Assembly (NCBI RefSeq): GCF_018350175.1
Contig: NC_058368.1
Span: 172,176,001 to 172,240,000 of the forward strand
Source: Felis catus
Taxonomy: Eukaryota
Length of the DNA stretch: 64,000 nt
Direction of reading: 5' to 3'
Shown here piece by piece: positions 1 through 12,470 of the stretch. Below the pieces are notes generated by a model that was given only the letters and a program-made list of their open reading frames with translations, did not search any database and had not been told where the DNA came from. A program made the translations under genes and the position numbers. Each line of letters opens with the position of its first letter. Position 1 is the first letter of the stretch.

Positions 1-3000
1 GCTGTCATTTCAGAAAAAAACCTCCCAAAATGTTGCTTCTGCTCCCTTCCCTCCCAAAATGCCTTGGCAGCCCTATGACTGCACCCTGTTGAATTCAGTG
101 AAATTTCACTCTTCAGGTGATTCTTTCCGTTTGGGTCTCTGCTGCATCTAGAAATGTACGTACAGCTGTAAACTAAGTGAACATGATCTTTGCACTTTCT
201 GCAGTTTCACAGATGAGACCTAACTCCCCGTTAGGCATTTGCAAATGGCTTTAAGTTTTATGGATCCTTAGGATTTCCGTAAGTCATTAATAAAAGCTTT
301 GGTCATTTTCTGTACTCCTGATGTCTCTTCTCACTACTTTACTTAGAACATGAACATGATATTCCAAACACGTGAGAGCTTTGAGTTAGGTAATTGATAG
401 AATTAAGAATCTTTAGGTTACTATAGAGGTTCTTAAATTCATGCCATTGACAGACTCCAGTCCAGATGAGCTAAAACTATGGGATGTTTTTTTTTTTTTT
501 TCCTTCATTTAGAATAACATAATTGCATCTATATGTAGGTGGGAATTAGGAGATCTTCAAATAGTTTCAAGTTTTTCTTAGAGCAGTAAAATCCTTACTA
601 GCCTCATCCTAACAGTTTTTGAGAAAAAAATCGCATTGGGTCTAATTGGGACTGCCTTTCTGGAGTAGAATGTCAAGGCTCTAATTAAGTTCTCTGAGAT
701 CCCTGTAGAAAGTACTGACGCAGGCTCAGAGGAGGACTTAGCAACAGGTGCATGCATCTCCAAGGAGAATTAAGCAATTATGTTTAACTGGCACTTAATT
801 TTTTTATTAACTGAACATTCCAGTTTCAGGCAACATGGATATTAACTTCAGGAACTTGACATGCTTGCAGATGAGAGCGAATATGAAACAGTTAATTACC
901 TGCATTGGCAGTGATGAAACATCTAGTGTATACCGCTGGGACTGGAGCATGAGCTGGAGGAAGGGCATGAGAAATCTCACCTGTCTGATCACACAAGATA
1001 CTTAATCATAAATAACTTCTGGTATGTCTCAAAGAGGAATCTTCCCACCTGCAAGTCCATTGAAGTTCTGGCAGCTGGTGCAGATGGGGTTTGGCAGAAC
1101 ATCAGATCAGTTGGCGGGCCCACACATGGATGCCGCTCCAGCCACAGACTGCAGTCTCTTTTGCCTGATTTTTGCCTTAATTCGGCAGTGGGAAATACAA
1201 CCCTAAGGAACTGTGAGATGGATCCTTTCTTCCTGTGCCTGTTTCTCTGAGAGCCAGAGACTGAATTCTGAACAGAGAAGGTGACTGCCTAAAAGGAGTA
1301 ACCACTGAGGAAGCCAGAAAACAAAAACATGAAAGTCAAATCTGTTTCATTGTTTACCTTTTATGGAGAGGTCAATAAACCAGCTTCTATTTAGAAAGAA
1401 AAACTCAGGTTTTCAGGCACCTGCAATTTTTTTACTTTTAATCAATGTGGTTTTAGTGGGACTCATGATTAGAATAAATCAGTGGCTCTTGGTTCACCTT
1501 CAACCAGCATCTTGTCTTAGGGAGTATTTGAAAAACACAAGGAAAGGAAATCAACTATTTAATTGCTTTTTTATTCCACACCTTTATAAAAGTAACAGTT
1601 TTCTGGGGAAATAGTTTGGATCTAGTCATCACATATTAAAAAGTATGATGTTGAAGGATAAACTCAAAGGAGACCAGGTAGGGTAATACTGGGCTTAAAA
1701 TGGAGGAGCTGAGACCTCCCGAGTCTGAAAGAGTTACATGACCCTATATGACTCACCTAAAAGAGTGAGTTCTCTTTTAACTTGGACCAAGAATGGTAGA
1801 CAGAGGTCAGCAGACGATTTTATTCCTGTGTCAGCTATATACTTTTCAGTGTTGGTGAAATTAAAACTTCTGATGCCTGTTCAGTCAACAGAAGAGCCAT
1901 GAGTGGTTTCCCACCCTGGACATCCCAATTGGCTAAGGGGAGGCCGTTTCCCCTAGGCAGACTGGAAAAATGGGGAAAACCAGCATTTTGCCTTTTAAAC
2001 CCCTTTTGCACATACTTTTTTAGCCATAAAATTTTCCTTATGACAAAATGAAACTTTATCACACGCATAAAAATTAAGAAAAAAAAATCACAAGAACCAT
2101 CTTTGCTAAATAGATACATAACAGAAACAGGAGCCAGTGGGCACTTTCACAGTGATCAAAGCAGCCAAAAGCTGGTCCTTCCAGACTTACACTGGTTTTT
2201 GTTTTGTTTTGTTTGAAGGCAGGCAGCTTCACTGCTGGCCTGAGAAAGAAGGGTGATCGCTTTTGGGAAAGAACTGCCCTTCCCTCCAAGGTGGTGGCTG
2301 GAGTGGCCTTCGCCATTGCAAAGAAGGCTTGAGGAACTCAGCTTGTCTGAAAACAGACCTTTAGTAGCTCACGGATATTGGGGCTGTAATGTGACCTGGT
2401 CATAAACAAAACTTCGTGCACTGTGGCATTGGGATACAGTTCTCAGGAGACTGGGTGGATCTTCAGGTGCTACAGAATGAAAGGCAAGTGGTGTTTGAAA
2501 ATGTCAGTGTAGGGTAACTACAGAAGAACTGAAAGACAGGAATGGAATAATGAATTTAAGATGGTGGAGGCCTTCCTGAAAGAATTCAGGTACTTTGGTC
2601 CCCGCCCAGTCCTGTCAGCATTTTTCTTGAGATTTAACCTGTTTAAGGACTAAGTACCGTATACTAACCGCCATTTCTCTAGGGGGATAAAAGGAGGTCT
2701 CAACAACCATTTCTTCACCCCCTGCCCTTCCTAACAGCAGAAGTGAAGTTGAACTGGTGGTTCAGTAGCAGTCTCTTCAATAGGTGGTATCAGCCTGCAA
2801 AACATTCAGTCTACTCCATGTCCTGCCTCTTGCCTTTAGAGAAAGAGAGGTCCAGAGCTATGTTTCTCGTCCTGTGCATGAGCTTTGTTTGATTCATGCA
2901 GAACAGCAATTATGTGGTGCCCTGGGGTGGGCAAAAGTACTAATGCTCCTCTGCTCTTGAAGAAACTCCTGGTAAAATTTTAGTTCCACTATATGTATCA

Positions 3001-3784
3001 ATAGGACTATCTCAGCTCTAAGTCTTGGCTTTAATAAGGCTCCACTGGGAGGGAAAACCCCAGAGTCAAAAGAAAGTGCCCTTCCCATCCCTACATCCAC
3101 AGTGAGAGGTGAAAGAAGTGCTCATTCTCCCAAACAGCTGTCAGGCATAGCCCTGGGGTTGCTCCCCCGTAACTTCAAATGTATCAGGGACCAGAAGCAA
3201 TGCCTATGCACCACCCCCCTGTAATCTAGAGCACCTCTGAGCGACCGTCTGTCTTGGGGTTGGTAGTGGGACTTGAACACCAAAGGCCTGGTTGCAATAA
3301 GCAAATCAGTTCTAGAGGCTGAAGACAACCCCTCCCCACTCCCATGTGTTGTCAGCATTTATCCCTGAAGAAGAAAGAGGAGAAATGGGATGTCAAAGAT
3401 AAGGAAAGAATGGACAGTCTTGTAAAACAAATGCCGAGGGTACCATCAATGCACAAGCTCCAGAACAGGTGGGAGAGTGACTGCCGGGGCTGAGAGCAGA
3501 AGCAAGGCCTACTGAGCATGGCGCACAGAGCAGGTATTTACAGGCTGTCCGTGGGCCTGGAAGGGGAGGGGCGGGAGCCTCTGGATAGTCTACACGGTGT
3601 CACCAGGCCACTCACCCCTGGGGCTGATGAGTCCATGGCACTCCACTATGCAGGTGCTGACCTACCTGCCAACCTTCCTTTTTGTCACTCTCCCACCAGG
3701 TGCTCTGCCTCCGGGGTGCTTCTGTCCCCGGTGAACTGCTAGAGTTTAGCTTCCATGGAAGGAGCTTTGGTGCCCAAGTGCTGA
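1..3784 (-). other. MCC: MCC 3' UTR (terminal exon, non-coding part; true 3' end not determined, may extend past position 1)
   Basis: Directly follows the TAA stop at 3787-3785. It is free of SINEs, unlike the introns. Minus-strand AATAAA hexamers occur at 1824-1819, 1575-1570 and 808-803. Confidence 0.7.
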
Positions 3785-3965
3785 TTAAAGTGAAGTTTCA
3801 TTGGTGTGTGGCCTTGAGTTTTCCTCCTCCAGCAGAGCTATTCTTTGCTTAAGCATCCTCACTTGGGTCTCGTGTCTCTCCACCATGGCCATCATCTGAG
3901 ACTCCAACTTCTTCAGTTTGTTCTGATGCTTCTTCTTTGCTTTCTCATAGGCAGCCACCAAGTTG
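3785..3965 (-). CDS. MCC: MCC last coding exon: (S)NLVAAYEKAKKKHQNKLKKLESQMMAMVERHETQVRMLKQRIALLEEENSRPHTNETSL*
   Basis: 181 nt = 1 + 60 codons including TAA. Acceptor ctcctcccacag. Matches the recalled MCC C-terminus ending ETSL. Confidence 0.97.
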
Positions 3966-4600
3966 CTGTGGGAGGAGAGGGGAGGAGAAGGAAGAATTAT
4001 TTGAGGAGTGTTGGGGCACACACTACTGTCTGCTGGGTAACCAGGTCCAGAGAGAGGTCCCTCGGTCTCTAAAGTAGGAATCTGAAGTCAGGTGTTCGGC
4101 GCTCATGGCCACTCACCTGTTGGCTTAACTGTAGTTAGTTTCCGTGCTAGAGACTTCTCCCTAATCTGTTAGGAGGAGTGTAAACCAACAACCCAGACTA
4201 GCCACATCCAAAATCAGTAACAGAAAAGGCAGCTGAATTCCAGAAATCTGTCATTTAAATACAAACGGTGAATCTGGATCTTTTTGTTGTTCCACGGCTG
4301 CCTACAACAGATGGTCGAGCATAAACTACCAAGAGTGTTCCTCAAGCCCTGCAGTCTAAGTGACCTCACCTAGGAGGTGGGCACAGAGGCTCCGATGACT
4401 TCTCTTTACACTTTGGGCTGGTGAGATTCAGAGCACGAGGCCATAAACTAACATTGCCAGCCAAACACGGAATATAAGCCTTTGTGAACTTACAAAGTTC
4501 TTACAAAGAACTTATAAAGAGCATGGTGGAAGAGAACAGGGGGTGAGCAAGTCCTAATACCCTCTCTGGTTCAAAATAGCACCCCAGTCCATTCCACGTA

Positions 4601-5243
4601 CAGTGAGGTCCTCCAAGTGTGGTCTGAGAACAGACTCCCAGAGATTCCCAAAACCCCCTCAGGAGAGGCCTTGGAGGTCCTTTACCTCCTAACTACACAT
4701 CTGTGTGAAGCTAGATATTCCGGATTTATTTCAAAACAATATATTGCCTGTAGAAATGGATGTGTGTCCTATTACACCAGTTTATTTTGAGAGCGTGTGC
4801 ATGTGTGCAACAGGTGGGGGGGGAGGGGCAGAGGGAGGGAGAGAGAATCCAAAGCAGGCTCTGCGCTGACAGCGTGGACGCACTCCTTCGACAACCTGTA
4901 AGATCACGACCTGAGCAGATACCGAGAGTCGGATGCTCAACCAACTGAGCCACCCAGGCGCCCCTAAACCAGACCTTAAATAGATTTCCAAATTGTAAAA
5001 ACAGTACCACTTTTCTAATTATCTTTTTGGAAAATAGTTATTTTTTAAATAAGTGCCAGTTGTATTATATGTAAATTTATTTTATTTTCTCGTAAATGAA
5101 TAAAAAGTTACAGACATTTGTCTCGGTTTTAGTTTCTAAAGTGAGATTTATCAATAAATAATTTGAAAACAAAGTTCTTTGAGTTCCTCAAGTTTTGTGA
5201 ACATAAAGGGGTCCTGAGCCCAAAAAGTTTGAGACTGCTGCCT
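4601..5243. mobile_element. hAT-Charlie-type DNA transposon remnant, interrupted by a SINE
   Basis: Starts with CAGT and ends with ...tttgagactgctg. The internal segment 'ctacacatctgtgtgaagctagat...aaaacaatatattgc...' resembles Charlie 3' ends. Confidence 0.5.
4781..4964 (-). mobile_element. Can-SINE
   Basis: Reverse-strand tRNA-derived head GGGGCGCCTGGGTGGCTCAG with CT-rich tail. Imperfect TSD ta(c/a)accag. Confidence 0.9.
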
Positions 5244-5276
5244 TAGAGCAGTGCTCTGTAAAGTGTTGCTCAAATA

Positions 5277-5385
5277 GGGGTGCCTGGCTGGCTCAGTTGG
5301 TAGAGTGAGCATCTCCATCTTGGGGTCGTGAGTTCAAGCCCCACGTCAGGGGCAGAGTTTACTTAAGACAAATAAATACAAAATA
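5277..5385 (+). mobile_element. Short, old tRNA-derived Can-SINE lacking the CT tract, inserted in a MER-type element
   Basis: Head GGGGTGCCTGGCTGGCTCAG, B-box GTTCAAGCC, A-rich tail, TSD TGTTGCTCAA on both sides. Confidence 0.85.
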
Positions 5386-5739
5386 AATGTTGCTCAAGAA
5401 AGGTTCTGTAGCCAATTTTGTTTGGAAGACGTTGGCTTAAACACAAACATATCTTTTCATTGTAGGACTTCTCAGAACCTTTACTGTGTTAATTGTTAAG
5501 GGGACCACAGTGTGCTGTATTTCCCAAACATGTGGCCCAAGGACAGGCCTTTACTATTTCTTAGTCATCTATGTAACATACATAACACTATGTAATGCTC
5601 TAGAGAAGACCAGGCTGGGGGAGTAGGGGTGGGCAGGTGAGGACTTTTCATTCCAGTACTGGTTTGCAGTAATTATGGACCTGCCCTTCCTGGTGTGGGA
5701 GTCCAGGCACCCTTGAGAATCCACAAATGGAGATTTTAC

Positions 5740-5862
5740 CTGTTGGCTCGCTTTAGGTCATTCACGAACTCTGCTGATTGCTGGTGTCGGATTTCACTGC
5801 TCTTGGTGAGTCTTTCCAAGGCGCTCACCAGCTCTTGCACTCTGGCCTTTAACTTCTTTTCT
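5740..5862 (-). CDS. MCC: MCC coding exon: (R)EKKLKARVQELVSALERLTKSSEIRHQQSAEFVNDLKRAN(S)
   Basis: 123 nt, phase 2/2. Acceptor tgatacag, donor AG|GTAAAA. Translated by hand; absent from the ORF track. Confidence 0.96.
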
Positions 5863-6929
5863 CTGTATCAAAGGAGAGACAGAGCACGCCTTGAGTAACT
5901 TGACATGATGGGGGCGGTGGCTATTACCCTGCAAGTGGTGGCAGAGAGGAAGGTTTAGCTTGTGAAGTCAAAAGGCAGGTACGAAGAGGAAGTTACTAGA
6001 GGGCTCAAGAGTTCACCTTCCGCTCAGCAGAACCAGAACATCTCAGCACTGCTTTCTTTAATAAGAAGAGCCCCTTAGAGATCTCAGCTCTCCGTCTTGT
6101 GTCACAAAGGAATAAGGTGGGAGGTTGTAGCCTTCCAGCTATGGAAAGTAAGCCAGTCTAGAAGTTTCTGCTTGGGCATACCAAATGCTCAGCCACAAGT
6201 ACAGCTTGACCACAAAACCTTATCTGGGGCCCACACTCCTCTTTTCCAAGTGTGCTGAAGCATCTCTTGAATCACCCTGGTTTGAGTACAAAACCTCTGG
6301 TCTGGGCTGCCTACCCTGGACAAGTCCCTACTAGGTGAAATCAACATGTACTACTTTTGCAGAAACACAAAAAGCAGTACTGATGGAGTGGAAATCAATA
6401 TTCTCATTTTAAAGGTCCTTGTTCCCCCTTTAAAGTACTTAAATTAGATTTGCACTTTGAAAACTCCCTGCCCCATGGTTTCAAGTTCCTTGGGCTCTTT
6501 CCTGCTAGAGGAACTCAAAGTAATTGACTTAGGGTTCAGTTATGGGAGGTTTCTGGTGTCCAATGTGCATATTGCCTTCCTGTGATTGCTTCAAGAGCGT
6601 GAGACCTGGGCAGGGAAGCATTAATGAGACCTTCCCTCAAGAGGCACAGTGTTACCACATAGTCCCAAGTGTCACATGCAGCACATCTGATCTGTTTTAT
6701 TTGAATTCACTCACCAGGTTCCCCCATTAGCATGTAGGCTCTAAGGTGGCAAAGACCTTACTCAAATATACTCTGGTGGTACCCAGCACCATGCCTGGGT
6801 GACAGCTTCTCCGGGACAAAAGTTGTTAAAATAGCTTCATAACAACTCACTGAAGGTATCAGATTCCTTGGAGTATAATGAGAAACCAGGATTTACGGGA
6901 GAAATTCCTCTAAAAATGATGCATGAGTG

Positions 6930-7480
6930 GACGACAAACGTACATGAGCACAACTGTTCTGGAAGGCAATTTGGAAGCATGTAGCAAAATAAAAAGTGAA
7001 CATACTCCTTGAGTAGACAACCTGATTTCAAGGAATTATTCTTACAGCACATGTAGGCGCCTAAAGACACATGAGATTACAGCTGGACTCACTTCAGTAC
7101 TGGTTACAACAGCTAAGAATGGGGACCAACCAGGGGACTGGGTAAGTTCATTAAGGTATACTGGTTCTATTGAAATGCCCTGCAACTATTTGTTAAAAAT
7201 GCAGATCATCGTGCACTGGCATGGAAAGGTATCTGATATATCATCAAGTGAAAAGCACAAGTTCTACTGGATGCCAGTTTTGCAAAGACAACTAAAAATC
7301 TGAGCGGGAACGGCTCAGACACTCTAACAACTACCAGACCAGACACTCTTAACAGACCAGAGAGCTACCCACCACTCAACAACGGGTAACTCCCAGAAGG
7401 GGTGACTGAAGGCTCTCATGTTCTACTTTACTCACTTCTGCATTGCTTAAAGTTTTTGTAATTTTTTGTATGCTTTTTGT
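6930..7480 (+). mobile_element. Old L1 (L1M/L1ME-type) 3' fragment
   Basis: Degenerate L1 3' motifs such as 'acaactgttctggaaggcaatttgg' and 'tcaaggaattattct'. Confidence 0.55.
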
Positions 7481-8439
7481 AAAGTGTGTGAGAACCAGTC
7501 TCAGTGGTAACGCTTCCTGTAGGAGGGCTGTGGGAGGGTGCACAGATGGGCTAGCCCTTCCTGGCTTTTCAAATATCTTTTACGTTTCTGCCTCCAGTTA
7601 CTCTAAGCGCAAGTCAGGCTTTCCGACAAGCTCACTAATGAAAGAACTGCGACACAAAAATCTAGGCTTGCTTTTGTGAGGATGGAGGGGGAAAGGTCTT
7701 TTTAAAGGAAACCTAACAACCAGCCCTAAGTCCCGATGACTACTCAGTGAATCCTCGCACCCACCCTAAGGGAACTGGAGCCAGGGCGGCTGCAGAGCAA
7801 TTCCTGAGGAATGTGAGTGTCTTAGGGGCCCTAGCAGCCCCCAGGAGATCTCAGATCTGGTTGCATTTACTACTGTAATGCAGAGAGCGGACAATTTTCT
7901 AGCAGAAGTGAGAAGTGTCATGGAGGGTGGTGACAGGCAGCCCTCTGTCAGTTGAGGCAATGTGAGGACAACAGGAAAGATTTCTCCCCCTTCCTTCTGG
8001 CTATTAAGAATGGGGAAGGGGTTATTTGTCCTACATTTTTTGTTACTGTTCCGATTCTTTTGTCTTTTGTTCTAAAGTTGATGAATAGTGTAAAGGGGAA
8101 AAAAAAAATCATGAAGTGAATTTAAAATGTCACCATGAACTCAATAAATTCAAAACAAAAAAACTGCCCAGAGCGATACCCTTTCCCACCCCAATTCCAT
8201 CCACACCCCTGCCCCACCAGCCTAGAGAATATGGAAATCCCAGGCTCACCACAAAACAAAGGGTTCCTTTGCCCCAATACCCAGGCCCCTGGGGGACCGG
8301 AGGGAGTTTTTCCGGACCTGGCAGGCTTTTCAGGACTGGGAAGACAGAGGAGAGGCCCTGCCCAACTGAGGGGCAGGGGCACACTGGGAGCTGCGAGTTG
8401 CCTCTAAGAACTCCCTGGGCCTCAGGAAGGAGATGAGAG

Positions 8440-9025
8440 TGCACCTGTTTGTACAGATTCCAGGACAGAACCAGGATGCTGATTTATTTACTGATACAAA
8501 GATGAGGCCAAATTTCAAACCTAAACCTAAACCTAAAACATGGGTTACTTTACCTGTTTTCATTTGAGTGAGGCAGACACCTGTCATAGGAGTCATGGTT
8601 CCAAGTGTCACTCTTCGACTGAAATACGAAACCACTTTGAAGTGACCATGAAAGAGGACTTTACCTCCATTTTGACCTTAGTCTGCACTTTCCAATTAAG
8701 TTTTTCTTTCCAGTTTATCTCTGAACTCAGGCAAAAGACGTGCAGGCAAAGCATCCCCTGATGGGAACCGAAACTATCCCCTTAAGCAATGACTACCCTG
8801 AGCCAGCAAAACCCTGCATGCACCCGCTGACCTCTGTCCCACATTTTCCCTACATAAACCTAGAAGTATCTTCAGCACTTGGAGGCAGTATTTAAGCCAA
8901 CAGTCCACGCCTTCCCGGTGTTGGCCTCACTCAAGTAAATTCCCTTCTTGTGTCACTACCACTCACCTCTCTGCCTTTGGATTTTGTCAGTGGTGAGTGG
9001 CCAAACTTGGTCTGTGTGACCCCCA
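8440..9025 (+). mobile_element. Probable solo ERV1-class LTR
   Basis: LTR-like layout with a TATA-like 'tacataaa', an 'agtaaa' polyA-like signal and a 3' end 'ttggattttgtcagtggtgagtggccaaacttg' typical of ERV1/MER4-group LTRs. Confidence 0.5.
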
Positions 9026-9241
9026 GCACCAGGTGCTCTTGCACCCCTGCGCCCCAGCTACAACTCTACATCCACACCACCAGTACGGCAGCACTAGCCA
9101 CCGCGGCCATCTGAGCACCCGAAGCATGGCTGGTCCAAACCCAGATATGCTGCGAGTGTAAACACACACCAAAATTTCAGGACTTGATGTGGAAAAAAAA
9201 AGAAAAAACGTAAAATATTTCAACAACTTTTAAAATATTGC

Positions 9242-9414
9242 GGGGTGCCTGGGTGGCTCGGTCGGTTAAGCGTCCAACTCTTGATTTCGGCTCAGGTCAC
9301 GATCCCATGGTTCGTGGGATCTGTGAGCCTGCTTGGGATTCTCTCTTTCCCTATCCCTCCCCTGCTTGCGTGCTCAAGCACGTGCATGCATTCTGTCTCT
9401 AAATAAACTTAAAA
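9242..9414 (+). mobile_element. Can-SINE with internal deletion
   Basis: SINE head and A tail. TSD AAAATATTG at 9232-9240 and 9415-9423. Confidence 0.9.
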
Positions 9415-9423
9415 AAAATATTG

Positions 9424-9864
9424 GGGTGCCTGGGTGGCTTGGTCAGTTGAGCGTCCAACTTCGGCTCAGGTCATGATCTCATGGTTCGTGAGTTCAAGCC
9501 CCATGTCGGGCTCTGTGCTGACAACTCAGAGCCTGGAACCTGCTTCGGATTCTGTGTCTCCCTCTCTCTCTGCTCCTCCCCTTCTAGCTCTCTCTCTCTC
9601 TCTCTCTCTCTTAAAAATAAACATTGAGGGGCTCCTGGGTGGCTCAGTCGGTTGGGCGTCAGACTTCAGCTCAGGTCACTATCTCGCGGTCCGTGAGTTC
9701 GAGCCCTGCGTTGGGCTCTGGGCTGATGGCTCAGAGCCTGGAGCCTGCTTCAGATGCTATGACTCCCTCTCTCTCTGCCCCTCCCCCGTTCATGCTCTGT
9801 CTCTCTCTGTCTCAAAAATAAAATAAAACGTTAAAAAAAATTTAAAAAAAAATAAACATTGAAA
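9424..9864 (+). mobile_element. Can-SINE whose tail is interrupted by a younger SINE
   Basis: Head at 9424 and (CT)n tract. The tail resumes after 9862 and ends at AAAATATTG 9865-9873. Confidence 0.9.
9628..9847 (+). mobile_element. Young felid-type Can-SINE (SINEC_Fc-like)
   Basis: Diagnostic 'ggtccgtgagttcgagccc...gggctgatggctcagagcctgg'. Perfect 15-bp TSD AAAAATAAACATTGA at 9613-9627 and 9848-9862. Confidence 0.92.
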
Positions 9865-11049
9865 AAAATATTGATTATATGTTAAAATGATATTTTGGAT
9901 ATATTGAGCTGAACACTTTACTAGAGTAAATTTCATCTTTTGTTTTTTTAAGTTTTAAACGTGGCTACTAATAAAGTTTAAATTGCCCACGTGACTTCCA
10001 TTTGTGACCTGTGTTCTGTCACCAGGGGACCAGCGCACGTGCTTGCAGCACAGCACCAGGGGTCACCCTGGATTCCATGTCAGTAGGTTTGGGGTGAGGC
10101 CCAAGAGCACCCAGGTGATTCTAACTACCAAGCAAATTTACGAAATGGGTAAGGCTAAGTGTTCCTCACCAGATGTATGATGTACTTCACGCGGTCTCAG
10201 AAGGTTCTGGATCACTTTCCTTAAGTCTACCACTTTCCTCGGTTTCTGGAAGTTCTTATTCCAGTCACTTTGGAACCTCAATCACTCACGTCCTGTTCCC
10301 TCTAGTTTCTGGTTCAAATTTTTCTTGGCCTTTAGCCGAGAAAGAATTTATACTGTGTCTAGATAAGATAATGAGGCTAACACACCACTTTCTTGGCTCC
10401 ACACAGAAAAGAAAGTAAACATTAAACACGACATGCTCCCTTTGCCCCTCCAATACGGTGTTTTCTGGAATGCCCAGAACAACATCATCCCTGCCTTCTT
10501 CCTGGTTTCCTGACTCAGGAACGCGAGCGTCCCCCAGCAGGTGAAAAGTCTCTCTTTTTGGTAGCATTCTCACTGTGCAAGCCTGTGGCACCTGCCTGCG
10601 CACACATTTCAGTCAAGGGCCCCCCACTCCACCCAAAAACGGTGGTCCTTCCTGCTCCCCGAGGGTCCTGTGAGCCTCTCACCACAGAGCCAGGGGCGGT
10701 TTTTCTTTTCAACGTGAGCACCTGTAAGTGGCAGCACATGTGTGGTCCAGAGGGGGCCGCAGTGCCCGGGAGGAGGGGAGGGCTCACCAGCCACCAGGGA
10801 TGGGGTACGCTGTCTCCAAAACAAAAAGGCCGGTGGGCACTATAATCACAAACCCAAACGTGCTGGGCGCGCCAGGGGAGCAACAGGGCGAGAGGCTGTG
10901 AGGCCGTCAGGAGACCTTCCGCACAGGCTGCGATCAGACCAAACCGCGGGGAACTGCAGCCACACAGCCACACAGCCACACGGCCTGCAATCTCTGGGTA
11001 ATTGCTCGTTACACACAATTACTCAATAGCGAGAATCGTCTGCATATGT

Positions 11050-12230
11050 GGTTCTCTCTCCCTCCCCTTCCACTTGTGAACCCCAGCAGGCTTCCTCTCC
11101 ACTGCCACTACTCGTCAGGTCACCCAGGACCTCAGCTGCCTACCCCTTCCCCTCTTCCTGGTGCACGCGCACCTTCATCCTTCACTCGGGAGCCCTGAGC
11201 CCACTCGGCCTTCCACCGTGTGGTCCCAGCCATCCCTCCCTGTTCCGCACAGACTCCTCTTTCACTGCCCGACTCGAAATCCCCGAGTATTTAGGACTTG
11301 GGCCGTATTTTGCGTCCTACCCTTTCTTTACTTGCCTCTCTCCATTCCCATTTACGTTCCTAAAAGTGACCTACGTGCTGGAAGCTTCCAAGTCGTTATT
11401 TCCAGGCCCTTCCTTGGATCTCTGGACTTGTCTATTTGACATCTCTACTCAGAAGGCGTCTATTTATCATGCCTGGAGCAGAACCTTCCAGATCATCGTT
11501 CCAATCCACCCTTCCTGCCCTGTCAGCAGACAGTAACACAGCCCAGCTGCAGTCACCAGTCTAGAATCAGCCCAACTCCTCCCTTTCCTTGTCCTCCACC
11601 TCCACTCAATGGCAATCCCCATCCACCAAGCCTTGTGAAAATTCTGCCCCACCGCCTAGAGGTCCAGGCTGCCCTCACTGCCGACCAGGAGCACCTGCTA
11701 ACTGGGGTCTCTGCTTCACTTCTGCACCCTCTGGACTGGTCCTCACACAGCCGCTGGCTAATTCTTTAATAGGACAAATCGGATCATATTATTGTCCTTC
11801 AGTGCCTTCCACCTGCACTTAGAGTCAAGTCTGCGGTCTCACATTGATCTCAGAGGCCCTGCTTGACCCGACCTCTGCCTACCCAGTGTTGGGTATCACC
11901 CTCCCCCTTGCAGCCTGGAATCCTCTCAGTTCCCAGCACACACTATGCTGTTTCCCACCACACAACCCTGTACTAGGTTCCCCCTGCTCGACATGTGCTT
12001 CTTCCACTTGGCTACCTTTCCTCTTTCTCATGTCAGCTTAAATGTCACCTCTTTGTGAAAGCCCACCTTGCCTACCCATCTAAACATACGTCCCAGAGGT
12101 ATGCCGTCACAGTACCTTGTCATTTCCTCCATACTATTCATTGCAATCTGTATTTAATTAAAAAAAACCCATCTCCATAGTGACTGTATCACATCACTGT
12201 AGTTATTTCCCTCATGGTCATCATCAGAGT
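11050..12230 (+). mobile_element. L2 LINE 3' fragments
   Basis: Pyrimidine-rich, with L2 motifs 'ctatttgacatctctact', 'aaatcggatcatattatt' and 'tcagcttaaatgtcacctct'. Confidence 0.65.
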
Positions 12231-12269
12231 CTGTAACTGCACTGACCTTTGAGAAAAGCCAGGCAGCGC

Positions 12270-12470
12270 TAACAGCAGTCTCTAAGTCCTTCACACAGAT
12301 GGAGTTATTTACTTCTCACAATGACCCTTGGCAGTCAGTGCTATTAGTACTCTTCTAGTTTTTCAGATGAGGAACTTGAGACCCACTTAAGCGACTTGCC
12401 AGTATGCCCGTGGAATTGGCATGTGCCCCACAGTCTGTGTGCAAGTCTGTGCTCTTCAGCACCTCGCCGT
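12270..12470. mobile_element. MIR
   Basis: Core 'tttcagatgaggaacttgagac...aagcgacttgcc'. Confidence 0.65.

Larger units (their letters stand above)
9075..10030 (-). mobile_element. MER33 (hAT-Charlie), split by three SINEs
   Basis: Left half 'cactagccacc...gagcacc...atgctgcgagtgtaaa' and right half 'tattgattatatgttaaaatgatattttggatatattg...gtggctacta' are colinear with MER33. Confidence 0.75.

Noticed and set aside
10500..11300. Locally elevated CpG/GC with several overlapping ORFs
   Set aside because: It does not look dense enough for a CpG island, partly overlaps L2, and the ORFs have no recognisable homology.
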